The notes beneath the pieces were generated by a model. It searched no databases. It had not been told where the DNA came from and worked only from the letters and a program-made list of their open reading frames with translations. Source: Flavobacteriaceae bacterium (GTDB taxonomy: Bacteria; Bacteroidota; Bacteroidia; Flavobacteriales; Flavobacteriaceae). From it: a stretch of DNA of 64,000 nucleotides. The stretch lies in the NCBI GenBank assembly GCA_020346245.1, contig CP070778.1, forward strand, positions 2,250,070 to 2,314,069, read 5' to 3'. The position numbers were made by a program, and so were the translations under genes. Every line of letters begins with the position of its first letter. Position 1 is the stretch's first letter. This document shows positions 55,954 through 64,000 of the stretch, piece by piece.

Positions 55954-58917
55954 TTATAGCGGTTGTTGAAGAAATGCCAGCAAATCAGCCATTTGCTGTT
56001 TATTAATTCCAGCTTCCAGTCCTTCCGGCATCAGAGATTTTCCGGTAGACATAAAGACTTCAATTGTATTTTTTGGAATAATTACTTCTTCCCCACCTGT
56101 CATTTTTAAAGCCAGTTCAGTATCTGTTTCATTACTGACAAGTCCAAAATAGATACTTCCACCTGTCGTGATTACTTTGTAGTTTAAATATCGGGTATCC
56201 ACAGCGGCATTAGGGTCAAGAATTTCATGTATCAGGGATTCCTTACTTTTCCTGCTTATTTCGGTTAAAACAGGACCTACTTCATTGCCTGTACTTCCAT
56301 AAACATGACAACTTGAACATAAATTTTTAAATACAATACTCCCCTTTTCTGAGTCACCATTGAGGGATAAAGCAGGTTGCATTTCCAAAATTACCTGTTT
56401 CCTTTGAACAACACCGCTATCCGTAAACAAGGCCTCCGCTCGTTTTCGAATATCTTCATCATCAGAAAACAATAACACTCTCCTGCGTTCCAGATCAAGA
56501 TTAAATTCACCGAGGTTTACCGTACCATCTTCCATGGCAGTTAGAAGTGCATCATGATTAAATGATTTATATAACAGAATATCCGTGGCATGCTTTCTGG
56601 CTTCCGGAGCTAAAGAATTCCACATACCTAAAAGTCTTGGCCCTACTTCTTTTTCATTAGAATTCCATAATTGATTAAGGGATTCCTTTTGCAAAACCAT
56701 TGGTCTTTTGCTATCGAGCAGTTGGTAAAGTAAAGAGGCCCTGTTTTCGAAATCAGACAAGCCAATTAATTTTAATTGTAGCAATTGCTCATCTATGCTC
56801 CCCTTTTGTGCTAAAATATCCTTCTGGGATTTCGCCATTATTTCATTGATCTTTTCAGAAGAAGAATATCCCATGGCCAGGCGGAGTTCTCCGGTAGCTT
56901 TTATTATTCCAAGGTCATTGGTATTTTCCAGGGCGTTCAAGGCTCGTATGGTTGATTTCTTACTGTCTTTGTCTATTAATTGATCTACCCTCTGAATGTA
57001 TCCTCTGGAAAGTGATTCAATAAGTTCTGCTTTTGATACTGTTGAAATATTACTTTCATATATCCCATCCAGAACGGATCTAATACTCAGACCATCCATT
57101 TCTTTTCCAATTATTCCCGTCAACATTTCCAGCACTTGTTTCTGGTCTTCTGTTAGCTCCTCAATATAAGTCAATTCTTCACCTAAAAAACTGCTGGCCT
57201 GTCTGCCTAATGCAAATGACATTGCCATTCTATTCCATTGATCGGATTGAGTTTCCTTTAATGCCTTTCTCATTGAGGACGCAATTTGTCCCCTATGTGC
57301 AAAATATAAAGAATCTGAGATAGTGCTGAGGGTAAGAGCAGCCTGCATTCTAAGGCGTGGATTACTTGCCAGGGTCAAACCCAGCAATGGTTCCATAAAC
57401 TTGTCTATTTCTTTTGGTCTTGCCTCGAGAATTTTCAAGGCATTTTCGGCAATGGGGCTATAAGGATCATTTAAAGCCTTCTTTAATTGTTTGTTATTTA
57501 GTCTCCCCAGACCCTCCAGTGTCCATAAACTATGAATTCTAGCCAACGGATTTTGAGTGCTGTCCAATTGTGTTGCAAGTAATGGAACTGATTTATAATT
57601 CTTTTGAGTTACGAGTAATTGTTGCGCTGTCTTCCTTATCCATTGGTTTTTGTTCCCCAGGGCCGTTACAAGTTCTATTTCACTGAAACTTTCCAGATCT
57701 CTTGGTTTTTCATAGTTATACTGTACTCCGGTAATACGGTAGATTCTTCCTTTCTTTCTCCCGGCATTTAAATCCAATTCGGCCTCAATATCATCCGGAA
57801 TCCATTCAGGATGTTCAATGACCTCCCTATGCATGTCTAAAACATAAAGAGAACCATCCGGACCTACATTCATATTAACAGGTCTGAAAGCCCTGTCACT
57901 AGACGCCAGAAATTCGGTTTTATCTCCAACCCTGCTTGCTTTCGAAGCTGCGTTGTTTTCGGTTAACAGGTCCATATGAACGAGATTTAGAACGCAATCA
58001 GCTACCAATAAAGACGAATCAAACCCTTCGGGAAAAATTCCTCCCCCGTAAAATGTAATTCCACATGCTCCTGAAAAATACCCCGATTGCTCAGGGTGAT
58101 TTACCCTGGTTTCCTGCTCACCAATGGGGTAAATTCTGGACAAACCGTTTTCATCATGATCGGAAATATTTGTTAATGCATGGCCGGGAGTAACCGGTAA
58201 AGTTTTAAAATAACGATCCTCAAATACCAATTGTGAAACATGTTCAAGGTTATGCGTTTCATATAATCTGCCCCATTCGTCGAAAGTAATTTTGAATCCC
58301 CCGGAAGATTCCCCTACCCTTTCAGCAATTTCATTTTCCAAATCCAGACGGAGATCTCCTCCTCTTAAATTCAAAATAACATCAGGTTTAGAGAAAAAAT
58401 ATGGTTTTCCTGAGTTTCCTCCATTTGCCGCATATATCCAGTTGTCCAACCCATAAGTCAATCCATTAAAATTATGCTGAAGATTATCATTGCTAAATCC
58501 ATCCATAATTTGAACTCGTTCGTCGGCCAACCCATCTAAGTCCTGGTCCGAAATCCAAATAAGATGAGGTGGAGAAGCTACCAGGAAACCACCTTTATAA
58601 AACATAAAAGAGGAAGCTACTCCCAGACTGTCAGCATAGACTTTCCTTTCATCATAGACGCCATCATCATCAGTATCTTTCAAAAGAATAATCCGGCTTT
58701 GCTCATCCCGCAGAGGATATCCTGGCATTTCTAAAACATAGGCATCGCCCGAAGGAGAAAACTGCATGTCCACCGGATCATAAATCAATGGCTCAGAAGC
58801 AACTAATTCAATTTTAAAATCAGGGTGTATTTCAAAACCTTCAATAGATTTCGAATGGTCTGATGTGCAACTAAAAAATAAAGCTGCCAAAAGACAGAAA
58901 ACAATGCGGATGTTCAT
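55954..58917 (-). CDS. PVC-type heme-binding dehydrogenase-like lipoprotein (propeller + HEAT + cytochrome c)
   Basis: Lipobox FFSC; LVASEP, GLDNWIY, FRPV...GPDG, CSSCH, GPVLT, ILDPNA and SLMPEGL motifs. Confidence 0.85.
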   Translation of the reverse strand: MNIRIVFCLLAALFFSCTSDHSKSIEGFEIHPDFKIELVASEPLIYDPVDMQFSPSGDAYVLEMPGYPLRDEQSRIILLKDTDDDGVYDERKVYADSLGVASSFMFYKGGFLVASPPHLIWISDQDLDGLADERVQIMDGFSNDNLQHNFNGLTYGLDNWIYAANGGNSGKPYFFSKPDVILNLRGGDLRLDLENEIAERVGESSGGFKITFDEWGRLYETHNLEHVSQLVFEDRYFKTLPVTPGHALTNISDHDENGLSRIYPIGEQETRVNHPEQSGYFSGACGITFYGGGIFPEGFDSSLLVADCVLNLVHMDLLTENNAASKASRVGDKTEFLASSDRAFRPVNMNVGPDGSLYVLDMHREVIEHPEWIPDDIEAELDLNAGRKKGRIYRITGVQYNYEKPRDLESFSEIELVTALGNKNQWIRKTAQQLLVTQKNYKSVPLLATQLDSTQNPLARIHSLWTLEGLGRLNNKQLKKALNDPYSPIAENALKILEARPKEIDKFMEPLLGLTLASNPRLRMQAALTLSTISDSLYFAHRGQIASSMRKALKETQSDQWNRMAMSFALGRQASSFLGEELTYIEELTEDQKQVLEMLTGIIGKEMDGLSIRSVLDGIYESNISTVSKAELIESLSRGYIQRVDQLIDKDSKKSTIRALNALENTNDLGIIKATGELRLAMGYSSSEKINEIMAKSQKDILAQKGSIDEQLLQLKLIGLSDFENRASLLYQLLDSKRPMVLQKESLNQLWNSNEKEVGPRLLGMWNSLAPEARKHATDILLYKSFNHDALLTAMEDGTVNLGEFNLDLERRRVLLFSDDEDIRKRAEALFTDSGVVQRKQVILEMQPALSLNGDSEKGSIVFKNLCSSCHVYGSTGNEVGPVLTEISRKSKESLIHEILDPNAAVDTRYLNYKVITTGGSIYFGLVSNETDTELALKMTGGEEVIIPKNTIEVFMSTGKSLMPEGLEAGINKQQMADLLAFLQQPL

Positions 58918-59008
58918 TTTTTTTACCTAAAATAAAAAGGATGATGAAAGATAGAAAAAAAGAAAGAACCTAAAAAGTACTATACTTTTCTAATCTCAAA
59001 TGAAAATA

Positions 59009-59536
59009 CTAGGAAAGATAAAGTTCAACCAGGCCTTCGGGGGTCGTTACATAAAGAATTTTATTGGCCCTGTCTACTTTATCAATAATATTATCGGCTA
59101 CGGGGATCAATAGTTCTTTATCCCCTTTTTTTACCTCAAAGAGCGCCTGGGAAACAGAATCATTTACAGCTGTAATAATTCCAATATTTCCGTGCCGGCT
59201 ATCGACGACCTCAAACCCTATAACTTCATGATAGTAGAATTTGTTCCCCGAAAGTTTGGGCAGGATTTCTAAGGGAAGGTACAAATGAGATCCTATGATA
59301 CGATCTGCATCAGCCTCAGAGGAAATGTCTTCAAACCGAATACGCAGCAGATTCGATTTATGTAAATAACACTTTTCAATAAAAAATGGAACCAGATTGT
59401 TTCCTAATGAAACAAAAACTGATTCCATGTTTTCGTATATTTCGGGCTCATCGGTATCGAGTTTAACAAGTACCTCCCCCTTAAAACTATGTTTTGAAAC
59501 GATTTTGCCCAGGTAGAAACAATCTTCCTTCTGCAT
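59009..59536 (-). CDS. rimM: Ribosome maturation factor RimM
   Basis: GKIVSKHSFKGEV, FYYHEVIG, LLIP and PEGL motifs; follows rpsP. Confidence 0.96.
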   Translation of the reverse strand: MQKEDCFYLGKIVSKHSFKGEVLVKLDTDEPEIYENMESVFVSLGNNLVPFFIEKCYLHKSNLLRIRFEDISSEADADRIIGSHLYLPLEILPKLSGNKFYYHEVIGFEVVDSRHGNIGIITAVNDSVSQALFEVKKGDKELLIPVADNIIDKVDRANKILYVTTPEGLVELYLS

Positions 59537-59549
59537 CTCGTTCTAATAA

Positions 59550-60293
59550 TTATTCTTTCTTTTCAGAAGCAGCTGGTTTTTCTTCTGTGTCTCCTTCTTC
59601 CTTTGCAGTATCTTCTGCCTTAGCAGGAGCAGTTTCCTCTACTTTTTCCTCGGCTACCGCTTCTTCAGCAGCGGGAGCAGCTTCCTCTACTTTTTCTTCT
59701 GCTACTGCTTCTTCAGCCTCAGGTGCAGCTTCCACAGCAACAGGCTCTTCTTTAACACTTTCTTCCGCCACGGCAGTTGCTTCGGCTTCCTCTGTTACAA
59801 CAATTTCTTCTTCAGTAATTTCTGCTTCAGCTTCTTCGCTTAAAGCTTCTGTGGCCGCCAAAGCTCTTTTTTCGCTTACTTCTTTTTCAGCTTCTAAAGC
59901 TTTCGCTTTTGCATCAGCCTTTGCCTTATCCAGTCCGGCCTCCTTCTTTGCAATAGTCTTTTCTTTTTCTTCAACCCAGGCATTGAATTTTGCTTCTGCC
60001 TGTTCTTCGGTCAAAGCACCTTTTCTAACACCACCTAATAAGTGATGCTTATATAAAACACCTTTATAAGATAAAATTCTTCTGGCAGTATCTGAAGGCT
60101 GAGCACCATTTACAAGCCATTGAACAGAATTCTCAACATTTAATTCAATGGAAGCAGGATCGGTGTTTGGGTTGTAGCTCCCTAACTTTTCAAGAAACTT
60201 ACCATCTCTTTTTGAGCGTGCATCTGCTGCTACGATCCAATAAAATGGTTTCCCTTTTTTTCCGTGTCTTTGTAATCTAATTCTAACTGGCAT
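59550..60293 (-). CDS. rpsP: 30S ribosomal protein S16 with long acidic C-terminal extension
   Basis: IRLQRHGKKGKPFY, RDG..LGSYNP and GAQPSDT motifs. Confidence 0.96.
   Translation of the reverse strand: MPVRIRLQRHGKKGKPFYWIVAADARSKRDGKFLEKLGSYNPNTDPASIELNVENSVQWLVNGAQPSDTARRILSYKGVLYKHHLLGGVRKGALTEEQAEAKFNAWVEEKEKTIAKKEAGLDKAKADAKAKALEAEKEVSEKRALAATEALSEEAEAEITEEEIVVTEEAEATAVAEESVKEEPVAVEAAPEAEEAVAEEKVEEAAPAAEEAVAEEKVEETAPAKAEDTAKEEGDTEEKPAASEKKE
59626..59733. repeat. Imperfect 48-nt tandem repeat (~2.3 copies) in the rpsP tail
   Basis: Units start at 59626, 59674 and 59722 and encode EAAP(E/A)AEEAVAEEKVE. Confidence 0.85.
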
Positions 60294-60309
60294 ATCACAT
60301 TAATTTTGT

Positions 60310-60324
60310 AGGGTGCCCGACCCT
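60310..60324 (-). promoter_or_regulatory. GC-rich hairpin in the rpsP 5' UTR, candidate ribosomal-protein leader
   Basis: AGGGT-CGGGC-ACCCT between the -7 box TATATTTG (60370-60363) and the ATG. Confidence 0.45.
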
Positions 60325-60412
60325 CGATTATTAATTCTTTATTTTTTCCCGTAAATGGGCTGCAAATATACGCGTTTTCTATAAATCACCAATACTTTTG
60401 GAAGAATTCCTT

Positions 60413-61834
60413 TTATTCTATTTCTACCAATTGGTCCGGACCAATTACCAATTTAGAACGATGCTCGGAAATAAGCGAATTAATTTCTTTAATAACCTCC
60501 GGATTTTCTTTGGCTACGTCAAATCGTTCTTCCGGATCAGTACTTAAATTATATAAAATCGGTGGGTTGTGCACCTCTTTTTTACCAAATTCGCCGTATG
60601 CTCCCTGAGTAACAAAATGTGCCTTGAAATCTCCCAAACGCACCGCATAAATATCGGTCCCCCTGTAATAAAAAAGCTTCTTACGGGGACTAGGGCTCCC
60701 GTGCAGCAAAGTTTCGCTTAAATCGTACCCGTCAATTATCCGGTCTTCCGGAATTTTGGCTCCTGCCAAACGGCTAAATGTTGTAAAAAGATCCATTGTA
60801 GAGCCAAGGCCGTTTACCAATCCCGGTTTAATTAAGCCCGGCCCCCAGAAAATTCCCGGTTCCCTCATACCCCCTTCCCATGTTGTTCCTTTACCGGCTC
60901 TTAATAATCCTGCACTACCACCATTAAGCTTAAAACTTAACCATGGTCCATTATCTGAAGTAAACACCACTATGGTGTTATTTTCGAGACCTTCTTCCTT
61001 CAAGGTGGCAATTATCTTCCCAACCCCATCATCAATTTCTTCCAATACATCACCGTATAATCCGCGTTTGCTTTTGCCTCTGAATTCTTTTGAAACAAAT
61101 AAAGGTATATGCGGCAGATTATGCGCTAAATAAATAAAGAATGGGTTATCCTTGTTTTTCTTTATAAATGATATAGTTTCCCTGGCATATCTTACCGTAA
61201 TTGTATTTTGGTTAGCCGGGCGTTCTATGATCTCCGTATTCCGCATTAGCGGAACATTAAAATGATTTGTCTTTATAGCTTCGTTGTCTTGTTTCCAATA
61301 CTCCCAATAGGGAATATCAACCACCTTATCCATATCATTGGAATATGGAATACCATAATAATAATCAAAGCCATTGTTAGTTGGGAGATATTGCTCCTTA
61401 TGACCTAAATGCCATTTGCCAATACAGGCCGTTTTATAACCCACCTGCCTGAGTTGTTCTGCCAGGGTAATTTCAGATGCCGGCAAACCATTTTTGGAAT
61501 TGGGATATAGCACTCTTCTTTTATTGCTGGACATGCCACTCCTCACCGTTAACCTTCCGGTAAGTAAGGCAGCCCTGCTGGGTGTGCAAACACTGGCCGC
61601 TGCGTAAAAATTGGTCCATTTCTGTCCCTCGAATGCCATTTGATCCAGATTGGGTGTTTGAATAGTAGGGTGGCCGTAAACCCCCAGATCGCCATAACCA
61701 AGATCGTCTGCAAAAATTATGATAAAATTGGGTGGCTTCGTATTATTTTGTCCATAAGTTTTTTGCAACCCTATTGAGCAGACTAGGACGCTCAATATTA
61801 GCTGTAAATATCGTAATTTGATCTTAAAATTCAT
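60413..61834 (-). CDS. Formylglycine-dependent (S1) sulfatase with signal peptide
   Basis: DDLGYGD, CTPSRAALLTG, GKWHLG and SDNG motifs. Confidence 0.93.
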   Translation of the reverse strand: MNFKIKLRYLQLILSVLVCSIGLQKTYGQNNTKPPNFIIIFADDLGYGDLGVYGHPTIQTPNLDQMAFEGQKWTNFYAAASVCTPSRAALLTGRLTVRSGMSSNKRRVLYPNSKNGLPASEITLAEQLRQVGYKTACIGKWHLGHKEQYLPTNNGFDYYYGIPYSNDMDKVVDIPYWEYWKQDNEAIKTNHFNVPLMRNTEIIERPANQNTITVRYARETISFIKKNKDNPFFIYLAHNLPHIPLFVSKEFRGKSKRGLYGDVLEEIDDGVGKIIATLKEEGLENNTIVVFTSDNGPWLSFKLNGGSAGLLRAGKGTTWEGGMREPGIFWGPGLIKPGLVNGLGSTMDLFTTFSRLAGAKIPEDRIIDGYDLSETLLHGSPSPRKKLFYYRGTDIYAVRLGDFKAHFVTQGAYGEFGKKEVHNPPILYNLSTDPEERFDVAKENPEVIKEINSLISEHRSKLVIGPDQLVEIE

Positions 61835-61990
61835 TTCTTATAACTTTATGTCGTTTTAAAGATATGTATCTCAAAAGAACTTAAAAAATAATATCTGTGC
61901 CGGCGTTAATAACTCTTGACAACTCTGCTATTTATGAATATTGTTTTTGATTATTTTTAGCTACTTTTTTTCAGCTGAAACCAAATTACT

Positions 61991-64000
61991 ATGTACCTCA
62001 TTTTTGATACTGAAACCACTGGCCTGCCAAAGCGATGGGACGCTCCGGTAAGTGATACCGAAAACTGGCCCCGTTGTATTCAAATTGCCTGGCAATTGCA
62101 TGATGCAATGGGTAATTTGTTGGACCAGCAGGACTACCTGATACAGCCTGATGGCTTCAATATCCCCTATGACGCCGAAAAAATTCATGGAATATCTACA
62201 GAACTTGCCAGTGAAGAGGGACACCCCCTGGCCGAAGTTTTGGAAAAATTTAATGACGCCCTTGCCAGGACCAAGTTTGTAGTTGGTCAGAATGTTGGTT
62301 TTGATAATAATATAATGGGGGCTGAATTTTACAGGGCCAATCTAAAAACCTTGTTAGGAGAATTACCCGTTCTGGATACATGTACAGAACATACGGCCAC
62401 CCTCTGTGCACTACCGGGAGGACGCGGCGGTAAATTTAAGCTCCCTACCCTTACAGAGCTTCATCAGTATTTGTTTAATACACCCTTTGAAGAAGCACAC
62501 AATGCAACAGCCGATGTAGAAGCCACTACACGTTGTTTTCTGGAACTCATAAGAAGAAAGCAATACACCAAAGGACAACTTGATGTACAACCAGATTACT
62601 TCGAAAAATTTTCGGAAACCAACCCTAAGGAAATTCAATTAATAGGTTTAAAACATATCAACCTAAAGAAGGCCTCTGAAAAAATAGCCAAACATCTCAA
62701 TAATTTAGATGTAACAGAAGTTTCCGAAGAAGACCTCAGCAAAAATATAAAGTCCCTTGAAGAGGCAGCGTTCATTCATCTGCACAACCATTCTCAGTTT
62801 TCCGTTTTACAGTCTACCATTAAAGTAAAGGATTTGGTTGCTATCGCCTCTGAGAATAGGATGCCCGCCGTGGCATTGACAGATCATGCCAATATGATGG
62901 GTGCCTTTCACTTCGTTAAAGAGGTTAAAGCCCATAATAAAATGGTCCAGGAATCTGCTGCCGGTGCAGTAGAAAATGAAGATACCAATCAAAGAAATTT
63001 TATAAAGCCCATTATTGGTTGCGAATTTTTTGTGTGCGATGACCATACCAATAAAAATGTAAAAGATTATGGCTATCAAATGGTATTGTTGGCAAAAAAT
63101 AAAAATGGTTATCACAACCTGGCAAAAATGTCTTCTATTGCCTACACCGATGGTTTCTACTATGTACCAAGAATTGATAAAAGCATTATCTCCCAGTTTA
63201 AAGATGATATCATTGTCCTGAGTGGAAACCTTTATGGTGAAGTAGCTTCCAAAATCCTGAACATTGGTGAAAAGCAGGCTGAAGAGGCTTTACTTTGGTG
63301 GAAAACCATGTTTAAAGATGACTTTTATATAGAAATCATGAGGCATGGACAGGAAGATGAGGAAAGAGCCAATAAAGTACTCATAGAATTTGCCAAAGAA
63401 CATCAGGTAAAACTAATAGCCACTAACAATACATATTATTGCGCGAAGGAAGATGCAGACGCACACGACATTTTATTATGCGTAAAGGATGGGGAGAAAC
63501 AGGCCACCCCAATAGGCAGGGGTCGGGGCTACAGGTATGGGCTGCCCAACCAGGAGTACTACTTTAAGAGTGGCGATGAAATGAAGGAATTATTTAAAGA
63601 CCTTCCGGAATCTATTCTGAATATTCAGGAAATCGTAGATAAAATAGAGCCTTTTGAACTGGCCAGGGATGTACTTTTACCGGAGTTTGAAATTCCTGAT
63701 GAATTTAAGGTCAAAGAAGATGAAGCAGATGGAGGGAAACGCGGTGAAAATGCCTACCTCAGGTATATCACCTATGAAGGGGCTAAAAAAAGATATGGTG
63801 AGATTACAGATGAGATAAGGGAACGAATTGATTTTGAATTAACAACGGTTGAGAATTCAGGCTATCCGGGCTACTTCCTGATTGTCGAGGATTTTATAAG
63901 GGAAGCAAGAAAAATGGACGTTTCGGTAGGTCCCGGCAGAGGATCTGCTGCGGGTTCCGTAGTAGCTTACTGCTTATGGATAACCAATATTGACCCACTG
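61991..64000 (+). CDS. dnaE: DNA polymerase III alpha subunit with N-terminal DEDDh exonuclease domain (partial; runs off the window)
   Basis: Not in the ORF track. Manual translation gives [37 protein letters not shown] and [10 protein letters not shown] in the same frame. Confidence 0.95.
   Translation, partial: MYLIFDTETTGLPKRWDAPVSDTENWPRCIQIAWQLHDAMGNLLDQQDYLIQPDGFNIPYDAEKIHGISTELASEEGHPLAEVLEKFNDALARTKFVVGQNVGFDNNIMGAEFYRANLKTLLGELPVLDTCTEHTATLCALPGGRGGKFKLPTLTELHQYLFNTPFEEAHNATADVEATTRCFLELIRRKQYTKGQLDVQPDYFEKFSETNPKEIQLIGLKHINLKKASEKIAKHLNNLDVTEVSEEDLSKNIKSLEEAAFIHLHNHSQFSVLQSTIKVKDLVAIASENRMPAVALTDHANMMGAFHFVKEVKAHNKMVQESAAGAVENEDTNQRNFIKPIIGCEFFVCDDHTNKNVKDYGYQMVLLAKNKNGYHNLAKMSSIAYTDGFYYVPRIDKSIISQFKDDIIVLSGNLYGEVASKILNIGEKQAEEALLWWKTMFKDDFYIEIMRHGQEDEERANKVLIEFAKEHQVKLIATNNTYYCAKEDADAHDILLCVKDGEKQATPIGRGRGYRYGLPNQEYYFKSGDEMKELFKDLPESILNIQEIVDKIEPFELARDVLLPEFEIPDEFKVKEDEADGGKRGENAYLRYITYEGAKKRYGEITDEIRERIDFELTTVENSGYPGYFLIVEDFIREARKMDVSVGPGRGSAAGSVVAYCLWITNIDPL

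Noticed and set aside
59494-60045. 183-aa Ser/Ala-rich plus-strand ORF
   Set aside because: Antisense shadow of the low-complexity rpsP tail (GAA/GCA codons read as TTC/TGC/TCT); no independent coding signal.
61961-63115. Three minus-strand ORFs of 75-102 aa in the track
   Set aside because: Antisense shadows of dnaE, which the track omits because it lacks a stop within the window.
1-64000. CRISPR arrays, tRNA/rRNA genes, IS elements, prophage or defence genes
   Set aside because: No regularly spaced repeats, cloverleafs, transposase/integrase motifs or phage genes were seen by eye; intergenic gaps are all under 300 nt.

Overview
AT-rich, gene-dense bacterial chromosome segment. Gene content (fused ccoNO, long UrocA-type HutU, exonuclease-fused DnaE, TAnnTTTG -7 promoter boxes, many lipoproteins) points to Bacteroidota, most likely a marine Flavobacteriaceae. 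In order it carries hemW (partial), ruvC, hutHIUG, hmgA, ndh, a Crp/Fnr regulator with the cbb3 oxidase cluster (ccoI-S-NO-Q-P-G-H), a CoA transferase-deoC-deoD-DUF1643 run, and a clade II nitrous oxide reductase cluster with a divergent Rrf2 gene. These are followed by exported sugar-acid-type enzymes, hemN-usp, a sugar kinase/nucleotidyltransferase pair, gcdH, a Rieske oxygenase/APC permease/amidinohydrolase trio, two sulfatases, two large propeller-HEAT-cytochrome c lipoproteins, rimM-rpsP and the 5' part of dnaE. I saw no tRNA, rRNA, CRISPR array, transposase or phage gene. Two signals read directly from the DNA stand out. (1) Five copies of TGAYWWATRTCAT, each with its 12-bp core exactly 23 nt upstream of a -7 box, tie usp, ccoI, ccoS-NOQP, the nos operon and hemN into one putative low-oxygen regulon. 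(2) An unannotated ~100-nt unit upstream of hmgA has its own -7 box, three hairpins and a 15-codon Tyr-rich ORF whose stop codon abuts a terminator. Product calls come from recognising motifs by eye; no database search was run.
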